This document shows positions 19,912 through 29,913 of a DNA stretch of 64,000 bases, in pieces; position 1 is the stretch's first letter, and the number at the start of each line of letters is the position of its first letter. Under the pieces are notes generated by a model. The model ran no database searches. It saw only the letters and a program-made list of their open reading frames with translations, and was not told where the DNA came from. The stretch is taken from positions 32,001-96,000 of IMG/VR virus record IMGVR_UViG_3300008448_000014; one strand, 5' to 3'. Source of the DNA: a virus. The position numbers and the translations under genes are program-made.

Positions 19912-20169
19912 CTATCTACATTGTCCTATCTCAGGAATTAAACTTGCATCTGTTGTGCTAAATGTTTTTTGTTTTTGAATATTAGTACATTCATTAATGG
20001 TAGTGTACACAGTGTGATAAGTGATAGCTGGATTCTGTGGTGTGCCAAGTACATTGTAAGTTGTCTTAGCTACAACCTTATCACAATCACAATTCAATGC
20101 AGGAGTTTGCTCTTCTTCATTATTGCAAGACATTGCAACTAATGATAATAATAATAATACTTTTTTCAT
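19912..20169 (-). CDS. Cys-rich lipoprotein
   Basis: MKKVLLLLSLVAMS|C followed by acidic NNEEE. Confidence 0.7.
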   Translation of the reverse strand: MKKVLLLLSLVAMSCNNEEEQTPALNCDCDKVVAKTTYNVLGTPQNPAITYHTVYTTINECTNIQKQKTFSTTDASLIPEIGQCR

Positions 20170-20460
20170 GGTTTTTTAAATTTAATTTCTAATGATTCCA
20201 TTATTTCATTAAAATCTTTTTGTTTTAATGTTTTAGGTTTGTTAATATATAATACATGTGTAGAATTTCCTTCTTCACTAATAAAAGATACAATACCTGT
20301 TTCTTTTTTTAATAGCACTCTTTTAGTTTCTTGTAATAAACTCATAATTTATTTTTAAATGTATTTAATAATATTTTGTTAATAATTGGTACTATTAAAA
20401 AACATATTATAATAGCTAAACTTAATCCTTGATTTTCCATAATTTAAACTTTTTAAAAAG

Positions 20461-20482
20461 AAAAAGCCCTATTTCTAGGGCT
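20461..20482 (-). terminator. Intrinsic terminator
   Basis: agccct/agggct stem plus a T-run on the minus strand, just after ORF 20493. Confidence 0.65.
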
Positions 20483-20670
20483 AATTCAAGAATTAATAAC
20501 CTAATTGTTCTAAAGATAACTTATCAGCTGTCACCTCGTATACTCCTTTTGTTATTTTACAATCAAACCAAATTTTAAATTCATTTGCTTTTTGTTTAAA
20601 CTGATAAAAAGCTGTGGGTTGCATTTTAATTTTTTTCATGTGTTCTATGTTTAATTTGTGATTAAGTGTT

Positions 20671-20706
20671 AAAAAATCCCTACACACTTGAGACATGTGT
20701 AGGGAA
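20671..20706 (-). terminator. Intrinsic terminator closing the ncRNA candidate
   Basis: tccctacaca/tgtgtaggga stem followed by T6 on the minus strand. Confidence 0.75.
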
Positions 20707-21300
20707 ATGGTAAAATTTTACATTCAAAGAATGCAAGCCTCATATGTATGAGCACTTATCAGTTAGTTGTGTATAAGTTAATCAAACCAATGATTACTAT
20801 TTTAGCACCTTCTTTCTTATATAAACTGCCTATTATGGTACCTAAATATAAGAGTAAGGTCACGTAGTTTATTGTAATAAGAAGTAAATGTTTCATTACA
20901 TCCCAATAGAACTACTTGCTGAGAACTCATTACGTGAGTGTGGAGCCATTCATTATCCACCATAACTAGCACTTTCCTTTCTCAAGGGAACTCACGTTCT
21001 AGGATTACTCCTTGCTACTCTATAGGGTTCTTATGGTTTCCTATTTCACATCTCTCTGGCAATTCAGGATTAGTATCTTTATGTAAATAACAACTTCATA
21101 GATGCTACGTTAACTGTAGAGAAGTTTAATCATCATTTTTATTTACAAACCATCAATGTTTAGGGCTAACTTCTATCAGATTATCAGTTCTGACGCTTTA
21201 CACAGCTTAGCTATTGTTTGAGAGTTTTTCATTACAACTCACAAGTGTTGACTTTTCTTCAGTCACCAATAGCACCCATTTAACCTTGGGTACACCAGGA
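20707..21300 (-). ncRNA. Large (~600 nt) structured non-coding RNA candidate
   Basis: No ORF of 60 aa or more; visibly less AT-rich than the flanks; many nested inverted repeats; terminator at the 3' end. Confidence 0.65.
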
Positions 21301-21304
21301 TTTA

Positions 21305-21658
21305 TTATTCTTCTAACAAAGCAGCTTGTTTTCTTAAGAAATCTAGCTTAGCATTGTGTAATTCAAGAGCTTCTTCAGCATCAACTAATTTGTTTTGAGC
21401 TAATAATAAATTAGAAATATAATAATTTCTATCAGTGATTAAATTACCATTGTTTAATCTAGCAAGTCTTAATGACTCTTTTGCTTCTTCTACAGCATCT
21501 TCTAAAGATATAGTATCTCCTGTTAATGATGCAATTTGTGTTTTGAAAGCTGAATCAGCTTGTCTTAAGATTTTTTGTGCTGTTGCTTCTGCATCATCTC
21601 CTTTAAGTAAACAAACAATTTCTGTTACAAATGATTTTACAATTTTTTTAGTTGTCAT
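21305..21658 (-). CDS. Coiled-coil hypothetical protein immediately upstream of the ncRNA candidate
   Basis: ORF track; helical, heptad-like composition. Confidence 0.75.
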   Translation of the reverse strand: MTTKKIVKSFVTEIVCLLKGDDAEATAQKILRQADSAFKTQIASLTGDTISLEDAVEEAKESLRLARLNNGNLITDRNYYISNLLLAQNKLVDAEEALELHNAKLDFLRKQAALLEE

Positions 21659-21663
21659 GATTT

Positions 21664-22953
21664 TTAAAATTTAAATTTGTTATTAATTGTTTTTGTGCTT
21701 AATTTAACACTAACAGAATGCACATTTTCTATTAGTGGTTTTGTTTTTACTGTTTCATATGAATCATGTACATATACAGAGGATTCTTTTTTAATAATAT
21801 CATATACATCTATAGGATGTACATTATCATAAAATTGTTGAAGAGTTATTTCTGTATACCCAACTGGAACACTATTATTCCAATGTGTATATGTTCCATC
21901 ATGTGCATCAGAAAGTAACCAACCTGTAAAAGCAATACTTTGTTCAAAAAAGTTAGGTTGTCTTTTTCTCCATTTATTTAATACTTCTTGATTACTTGAT
22001 GTAATTTTTAAACACCATTTCTTTGGTAATATAGATAAAGTGGCTACAAACTGAGCATCATATGCTTCTTTAGAAGAAGGTTTGAAACAATCTTTTTCTT
22101 TTCTTACTTGTTGACCACCTTTACCATCTCTTTTATCAAATTGTAGCCTAAAATAACCATTATTAACATCAAAAGAATCAATTTTATATATTCTTCCTTT
22201 TTTAGTAATATTCCAACCATAAGGTACTTCAATACATTCTACATATTCAGGAATACTAATAGATGTATCTACAGAAACTTTATCAGAAACTAGTTCCCAC
22301 TTTGATAAATCTAGTGGATTTTGTATAATCATACCATTATTACCTTTAGGAGTTGTATTTAAAACATAAGTTTTTAATCTTTCTAATAAAATTTTAACTG
22401 TTTCACCTTTTTTCAGACCTGTATTATCAGGATTATCAAATAAAGCTTTAATAGTTCTTCCATTGTAACTTTCAGATGTTGTTTTACCAAGAAAATCTTT
22501 AGATAAAACTACACTTGTATAATAAAAACTGTGATGATTTTTTCTAGCTACTGTCCATTCTTTTCTTGTTCTATTAAACCCAACAAAATACCATTCAGTA
22601 TTGGCAGTTTTAGTAGCATACTTATAATAATTAGGATTAATATTTTCTTCTTTTGATTCTAAATAATCAAATACTTTTTTAGAATCAGTCTCAGAGCTAC
22701 ACTCTATTAATAAATTTCTATCTATATTTTCCATACTAACTGTTTTTGTTACAAATTTAGATAATTCTTCCCACTTATATTCAGTTTTTGAAGAACTTTG
22801 ACAAAACCAATAAAATTTACTGTTCCAACCAACAAAAATAGCATATGTACTTATAATTTCATTAGATGTTCTATTTTCTTTTAAATATGTTATTAAATCA
22901 TTTTGGTTTTTTCCATCAAATTTAAAACAACCTTGAATTGGAAACTCTTTCAT
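21664..22953 (-). CDS. Multidomain hypothetical protein
   Basis: ORF track, 429 aa. Confidence 0.75.
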   Translation of the reverse strand: MKEFPIQGCFKFDGKNQNDLITYLKENRTSNEIISTYAIFVGWNSKFYWFCQSSSKTEYKWEELSKFVTKTVSMENIDRNLLIECSSETDSKKVFDYLESKEENINPNYYKYATKTANTEWYFVGFNRTRKEWTVARKNHHSFYYTSVVLSKDFLGKTTSESYNGRTIKALFDNPDNTGLKKGETVKILLERLKTYVLNTTPKGNNGMIIQNPLDLSKWELVSDKVSVDTSISIPEYVECIEVPYGWNITKKGRIYKIDSFDVNNGYFRLQFDKRDGKGGQQVRKEKDCFKPSSKEAYDAQFVATLSILPKKWCLKITSSNQEVLNKWRKRQPNFFEQSIAFTGWLLSDAHDGTYTHWNNSVPVGYTEITLQQFYDNVHPIDVYDIIKKESSVYVHDSYETVKTKPLIENVHSVSVKLSTKTINNKFKF

Positions 22954-25900
22954 AACTCTTGTTTTACATATCTAGAAATTCTTTTATATGTCAAAGAGTT
23001 ATAACTCTGTAACACAACCAATGCTTTACAACAAGCATATTGTAATGGATTAGTAGAAGCAACTACTTGTCCTACTACCACTTTTGCTGGAATTCTTGGT
23101 CTACCTTTCTTCATCTTTTTTCTTGTTAAGAGAAAATCCAAATATCACAGGAGCAACAATAGGTGCTAATATAAAACAAATAATATCATTCCATGACCAA
23201 TCTTCTAAATGGTCATACTCATTTAATAATATTCCAAATACTATTAAATAACAAACTATACAATATAACATAATTTTTAAATTTTTAAATTAAACATCTT
23301 CTGCTTCATCAGCAAACATCATATCCCAATCTTCATCAGTGTTACCACTGATTATAAATTCTCTTTCACTAGCATTAAGCTTAGTAAATACATCTTGAGC
23401 TAATTCACCTTGTTCCCAACGTGAAATCTGCTCTGGTGTAACATTTAAATCTTTACTTCTTGTTACACCAAATACAGAGGTTCTAGTTATTATCATACTC
23501 CTATTAATTTATTTAAATGTCCTTCTTCAATTAATTTTGATAACACTTTTTCATCTTGATTGTTTAAATCATTAAGTTGACTAACAAGTCTTATTCTATC
23601 ATGAGTGATATTATCACCATATATAGTTTTAACTTTATTACCTAATTCTATTAATTCTGACCAATTACGTTCATCTATTGGATTGAAATTATTATCAACC
23701 CATCTTCCATTAACAATTCTCATATTTTTCTATTTTTTGTTTGTACAATAATATAATTTGTTCTTGTAATAATATTCTTTCTTGGTAACTACTAATAAGT
23801 CTATTATTAACATCATTCAAATCTTTTAATATTTGATTTTGTTCTTCTAATGCTTTTGTATATTCTTCCATAATGTTATTTTAGCTTACAGATTGTAACC
23901 ATTTTTGTTTATATAGTTATAATCTGTAAGCAGTTTTTGTTAATACTTGCAAATTAAAAAATTTTAAACTAGCTTTGAGCAAGCTTTGAGCTATAAAAGT
24001 ATTGGAACAATATAACACATATCTAATAATAGACATATACACAGAGCAATACTTAATTCTTTTCTTGTTCCTTTAAAGTTAGGAATTACAAATAATGTTA
24101 TCATAAGTCTATTAGTTTTGCTTCATCTCTTGATAACCATTTAATAGAATACCCATATTCTTTAAGATGATCAAAAGGTAAACCATCTCTTTCACTTTCT
24201 GTTTCCATACCATATAGGAGAGAATCAATAAATTGTTCTTCATCATCATAATTAAGTGAATAATTAGGATATACTTCTGATATATTATCAGCAATAGATA
24301 TTTCTACTAAAACTGTTAGTTTTTTCATATAATGCTATATTATTATGGGATTAAATCTTCCCAATTAATACTCTTTATTTTATGTTGCTCATTAGCTAAA
24401 TAATCATCTTCATCTTTTAATTGTATAATAGCTGAATATAATTCATCAACATTAGCTTTTGACATTGGTTTATTAAACATAATACCAACCATATCCTCCA
24501 TTCTTTGTAATGTAATTGTTTCTTTTACTTTTGCCATGTGTTTCAAGTTTTAATTTATTACTATTTTTATTCATCTACAGAATTTAAATACACTGTATCT
24601 CCATTTGTAGTTAATTGTAATTTCCTAATACCATCTGCAGGTATATCTTTATCAAGTCCTTCCCATTCAAATTTAATATTTGATTTAAGGTTTTCATTAG
24701 TGTTGCTCAAGATATATTCATTAGTAATATAACCACCAACAGCCATACCAAAAAATAATCCACTAATCCATACCCAAATTAAGGAATAATCTATTTTTTT
24801 CATATAATTTTATTTGTTTGTTATTTAAAATTTTTTATTAATAACAATAAAAATCACCAACTTTATAAATTAATGAATTAATATATATAATTGTATTATT
24901 TTCTAATGTTAAATAATGACCTGATTCTTTAGATTCAACTTTTGTAATTTTTAAACAATCTTGTGTGTCTTCTATTGTACAACTTGATAAAGTAAATGAC
25001 AATATAAATAATATTATTATTTTTTTCATTGTTATTTTATTTAATATAATCAGTCAATCCAGCACTACCTGTAATTGACTGACTAAAGTTTTGTTATTAA
25101 ATTTAATGCTTTTTCATGTCCTTCAAGAGCATCTTTGTGTGATGTATATCTCTCTTGATATTGATCGTGTTCTCCTCCAAATATCATAGTTTCCCATAAC
25201 ACTGGTATTTCACTATTCCAACTATGGTTAAGACCTAGGAATACAGTAGATACAAAAACTGTATCAATATGATCTTTAGCTACAGTTTTTATTATACCAC
25301 CATCTGACCATTTTAAATAGTCATGAACATCAATTGCCTTAACAGGTTTATTGTTTTCATCTAATTTGTACCACATAATTTTGTTATTTAGTCAGTTAAT
25401 AATTTGTTTTAAAAATCATCTGCTACACCATTGTAAGCAAATGTACCATCCATAGAACATTCATCATACCAATCATTATAAGACATAACTGGTTTTCTAA
25501 TGATTTTATTCTTGTTATATATTCTTTTAAAAGAAGCAAAATCTTGTTGAGCTAACTCTGATATAATTAAATACCAATCAGCATCAACTCTCTTTGGTCT
25601 TTTAATACTATGCACCTCAAGTGCATACAATGACAATAGTCTTCTCATATCATGAATAGAACATCCATGATTAATGAGAAAACTAAATACACCACTATCT
25701 ATTTTAATCTTTTTCATAACTATACCTCAGTTATATTAATTAAAGAACAAAACCATACTTCTTTATTACTATTATTCTGTATAAGAATATTATTAGAGTA
25801 TTTATTAGCTCTCTCTATCAACTCTCCATCTAAATACATAGGAAGAGGAATATTAAACAATAATACAGTCCATTCATCTCTATTCCATCCTATAACAGGT

Positions 25901-25995
25901 ATAAGAGGAGAAGAATGACTAATAGATCCATTACTAAGTTGTGTAGTCATATAAGACCCATCTATAATCCTAACTTGTGTTCCTTTTGTTATCAT
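22950..25995 (-). other. Early-region cluster of small hypothetical CDSs
   Basis: ORF track (23290, 23493, 24101, 24343, 24567 membrane protein, 25083, 25409, 25720); all co-oriented. Confidence 0.65.
24838..25029 (-). CDS. Small lipoprotein
   Basis: MKKIIILFILSFTLSS|CTIED lipobox. Confidence 0.65.
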   Translation of the reverse strand: MKKIIILFILSFTLSSCTIEDTQDCLKITKVESKESGHYLTLENNTIIYINSLIYKVGDFYCY

Positions 25996-26520
25996 AATGC
26001 TATATATATCTGATTAAAATTTGATTTTTGTTGTTTATTTTTGACCTGTTTGATTGCAGAATGGTCTACACTGCTCTTATTTTACCCACACAAACACATA
26101 ATATTTTAGTCTATGTATATCTATTTTACATCATTCTATATGTATTCTCTTACAAAAACATACAATTTAGTATAATAAGTGAACTTTTACCCCTATGTAA
26201 ATACAAACTTTTTTCACATTATTCTCTCAATATGTATATATATGCTAATTTGGTATACATACTCCTTATTATGTATATATATATATATTAAGGTATTTAT
26301 TTATTTGTTTTAATAAACATATATAATAGTAATAACATTCCTAATATCATAAAGACTACATCATTCATTAGTAATAATGATATACATATAAATAGTATAA
26401 ATAATAATTGTTTCATTTGCTTTCTTTGTTTTTTAAATTACCCACCCTGAACAAGTTCTTTTCCCACCACTATATATAATAACAGGCTCAAATTAATGAG
26501 CCTGCTATTGTATTACAATA

Positions 26521-27036
26521 TTACATTGCAATAAGGTCTTCCAAATTAATGGCAACACTTTCAAGTTTCTTGTTAAGCATTTCTTCTGTAATACTAACAC
26601 GAGTTTTTGACATATCTTGTCCACCTTGGTTAGAGATTGTGTAAATAACAAGAGGTTTCATTTCTCCTGTTTCTTCGTCTGCTACCATAATTGGCTTACC
26701 AAAGTTAGGAGATGTTTCATCTCTGTCTACTTGTGGTAATTCAAGAATTGGTAACAAAGCAAGATTAGCAAGTTTTTTTTGTAGTTCATTTTCTGATTTA
26801 GAAGAACGTAAATCAGCACTTAATGGGTCAGAACAATTAACGTAAACACGTTGTCCTTTTGCATTATAGATTGCAATAGTAACACGATTAAGTTTACCTG
26901 TCTTTTCATTAAGCACTCCTTTGAAGTTCTTCTTGCTTGATAGTTCGTGGTAACCACCTATTCCTGCATACTCTGCAACTGTACCAATAGTTTTTAATGT
27001 GCTCTCTTGTTGAGCAACGTCTTTAAATTGTAACAT
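26521..27036 (-). CDS. Hypothetical protein, first gene of the leftward arm
   Basis: ORF track; A-rich leader; followed by a hairpin at 26483-26504. Confidence 0.8.
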   Translation of the reverse strand: MLQFKDVAQQESTLKTIGTVAEYAGIGGYHELSSKKNFKGVLNEKTGKLNRVTIAIYNAKGQRVYVNCSDPLSADLRSSKSENELQKKLANLALLPILELPQVDRDETSPNFGKPIMVADEETGEMKPLVIYTISNQGGQDMSKTRVSITEEMLNKKLESVAINLEDLIAM

Positions 27037-27317
27037 AATTTCTAATTTTTAAATTGTTTTTATAATAGAGATAATACTCACGTTGTTAAAAGGGTTTTGG
27101 GATGGAGTTTGTTTTATTTCACAAAATAGCATTCCAACCATAAGATTTGCACAAGTGATGTGCAATGTGTGGGGAGTACCCCAACTACTCAAATTGTATG
27201 GGGGGTCTTGATATGGAGTAACCCACCTTCTCACACATATGATGGCCTTCAAAATTTTGGGAAAAAAATTTTTTTGCATTTTGAAAAAACACATGGCAAA
27301 AAATATTCCTTTAAAAG

Positions 27318-27350
27318 TTTGGGAGAGATATAATTTTATATCTATATTTG
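27318..27350 (+). promoter_or_regulatory. Bacteroidota promoter driving the rightward arm
   Basis: TTTG at 27318-27321, 21-nt spacer, TATATTTG at 27343-27350. Confidence 0.75.
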
Positions 27351-27377
27351 TGAGAATTATTTAAAACCAATTATATA

Positions 27378-27743
27378 ATGTTAGTACAAAAACTAAAAAA
27401 GGATGTAGTGGATGAGTTTCAACTTGCTGAAAAGTATTATGGAATCTTGTCTATTATAAACTCTCTTCAATTAACAGAAAGAGAAATACAGCTTATTGCT
27501 TTTACAGCTATAAGAGGTAATATATCTAATATGAATTATAGAGAAGAGTTTTGTAAAAGGTATAATACAACAAGTCCTACAATTAATAATATTGTTAGTA
27601 AGCTTAAAAGGATTGGTGTGTTTGTTAAAACAGAGGATAAAGATTCTTCCTACCCAAAGAAGATTAGAGTTAATCCCTCTATTGCTTTAGATTTTAAAAA
27701 GGATTTAATGTTAGCTATAAGTTTAAAACATGTTATCAGTTAG
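27378..27743 (+). CDS. Winged-HTH DNA-binding protein
   Basis: LTEREIQL...TTSPTINNIVSKLKRIGVF. Confidence 0.6.
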   Translation: MLVQKLKKDVVDEFQLAEKYYGILSIINSLQLTEREIQLIAFTAIRGNISNMNYREEFCKRYNTTSPTINNIVSKLKRIGVFVKTEDKDSSYPKKIRVNPSIALDFKKDLMLAISLKHVIS

Positions 27744-28077
27744 AGAAACAATTATAAAACAATTAGCTATTAATAAAATAGCAGATAAATTAATTTCTGA
27801 GAAGATTATTGATAAGGTTATTTCTCATCAATTTGATTCAGCTCTTAAAGCTACAGTAAAACATAATTCTGTTGAGATTTCTGGGTTTGGAAAGTTTTCT
27901 TTTAATCAGAAAAAAGCAATTAAACAAATGACAAAGTATAATGAGCAAATAGTTTATTATACAGAAAAATTAAATAGTAGTGATTCTGATGCAGAGAAAA
28001 GAAATTTAAGTATGAGAATTAATACAACTTTGCAAAATATAGAAGTGTTAAAATTAAAAATTAAATCTGATGAGTAA
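27730..28077 (+). CDS. HU/IHF-like DNA-binding protein
   Basis: SVEISGFGKF signature. Confidence 0.65.
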   Translation: MLSVRETIIKQLAINKIADKLISEKIIDKVISHQFDSALKATVKHNSVEISGFGKFSFNQKKAIKQMTKYNEQIVYYTEKLNSSDSDAEKRNLSMRINTTLQNIEVLKLKIKSDE

Positions 28078-28315
28078 ATTAGGAGAGATTGCTGAAGGAT
28101 GGAAAAACAACTTGACACCAGAAAGTATGTTAGATCCACACATTGTAGAGGTGTCTAAAAAAAGAATGTCTATATGTCAAAACTGTGAACACATTTCTAC
28201 AAAGCATAAGGGATTAAGACCAGATGTACATTGTGTAGAATGTGGTTGTACATTGTCTGCGAAGACAAAATGTTTGTCTTGTGAATGCCCTAAAGAAAAA
28301 TGGTTAGCTGAATAA
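28070..28315 (+). CDS. Cys-rich Zn-binding protein
   Basis: CQNC, CVECGC, KTKCLSCECP..KW. Confidence 0.7.
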   Translation: MSKLGEIAEGWKNNLTPESMLDPHIVEVSKKRMSICQNCEHISTKHKGLRPDVHCVECGCTLSAKTKCLSCECPKEKWLAE

Positions 28316-28323
28316 TTATAAAT

Positions 28324-29581
28324 ATGGAAAAGAATAGAATAATATTGAGAAAGATTCCTATAGAGATGGTGATAGAATTATTAGATTCTTTGTATGAAGC
28401 AGGTTATGATTATTTTGATATAAAAGGTAGTGCAGGAGAAGAACAGGATATTATTCAGATTTTTATAAAGCCTGAATATTTTTCTGAAGAAATAGAAGAA
28501 GAAGATGTCCCTAGAAAGCTTTCTGATGAAGATTTAAATCAATTGATATGAAAAGTTATTATAATAGAAGCCTGATTGTACTAGAAAGAATAAAAAAGTT
28601 TATTCCTAACATCACTTTAGGAAAACATTTTGCTACAGCCTTAGAAGACTGTAACATAGAAAATATTTCAGATAAAGATTTATTTATTAAATTAAATGAC
28701 TATCTTAGCACGCTAGAAAGTGATGTCCCTCATTGCCAAGATCTTGAACAGATTATAAAGGAAGGCCTTGATTTAAATCACATTTTAGATAGTGAAGAAT
28801 AGAAATATATAATAAACTACATAATGGAAAACCAAGATTTAAGGTGGAATGAAATAACAAATTCATTTTATACATGGAATCAAATGACTTTTACAAAAGA
28901 AGATATAACAATTCCTTATTTTTGTAATGGTGAAAGATTTGGAACATTTAGAAGAGCACATTTAAATGGTATGCAAGAATTTCTTTGTTCTGATGGTGAA
29001 GATGTTTATCATTCACAAGAGGAAAGAAGAAGAGAAAGATTTAGAAAGCAGGAATTAGCATTTAAAAATAGACTTGCTGCAGACTCTGAAGAACAACTTA
29101 GATACAATGCTGTAGTAGATAGCATTGTTAATTATAAAGACCATAAGGAATATAAATATAAAACTAGTTTTAAATATAGAATGTTAAAGTTTTTTAAATT
29201 AGCTAAATAATGGAAAATACACATGAGTTTAAAACTGTACATGATCCTTTATTTTGTGAAGAAGGAGATATTCCTTTTGATGTACATTTAGTAAATAAAG
29301 ATGGTAGTAAATTTGTAACTATTCAAGAAGAATTTCATAATCCTAAAGATGTACCAGCTTGTAATCCAGAAAATACTTGTGAAGTGATACAAGACTTTTT
29401 AAAAGAAGGTGAAGATGATAAATTCTATACATTTCGAGCAATGCAACAAAGTTATTACGAAGAAATATATCAATGTCAAAATAGAATAGAGTCTTATAAA
29501 AAGAAAATCAAAGCGGAGATTCAAGATATAATAGCTTACAAACAAAAATTGGATGAAGCATTTAACCAATATTTAGAATAA
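28324..29581 (+). other. Four hypothetical CDSs (28324-28551, 28548-28802, 28824-29210, 29210-29581)
   Basis: ORF track; coupled stop/start codons. Confidence 0.7.
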
Positions 29582-29913
29582 TGGCAGTAAAGAAGAATAC
29601 ATATGTATCAGCTGAGTTAGATTGGGCAGAACAACAGCTTTCTTCTTGGAAAGAATATGTTGATGCTAATCCTTTACATTTGTTAAAAGATAGGATAGAG
29701 TGGAAACCTACAGCTAAGGGAGGAATGCTTCCAATGGTTATAGCTTCTATTGAAAGTCAAGGTAAATTTGTACAAGAGACAATGAAGAACTATTTAGCTC
29801 TTCTTGAACAAGTTGATAAGCTACGTGAAAAAGAAGAAGCTAAAACAGTACCTGTAAGAGGAGATGTACAACTTGGAAGTATGGCTGAAGATTTCTTAAA
29901 AAGAAGAACATAA
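29581..29913 (+). CDS. Possible terminase small subunit
   Basis: Helical 110-aa protein coupled (TAATG) directly upstream of TerL; called from position only. Confidence 0.4.
   Translation: MAVKKNTYVSAELDWAEQQLSSWKEYVDANPLHLLKDRIEWKPTAKGGMLPMVIASIESQGKFVQETMKNYLALLEQVDKLREKEEAKTVPVRGDVQLGSMAEDFLKRRT

Noticed and set aside
20707-21300. tRNA cluster or tmRNA
   Set aside because: No GTTCRA T-loop, cloverleaf or CCA acceptor end was found on either strand; kept only as an unknown structured RNA.
23884-23992. Inverted repeat gcttacagatt/aatctgtaagc and tandem agctttgagc x2
   Set aside because: Isolated short repeats with no second copy or clear context; not enough to call a feature.
27049-27294. 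81-aa ORF across the strand switch (likewise 26028..26291 +)
   Set aside because: Atypical composition and non-ATG starts; better explained as regulatory or terminus DNA.
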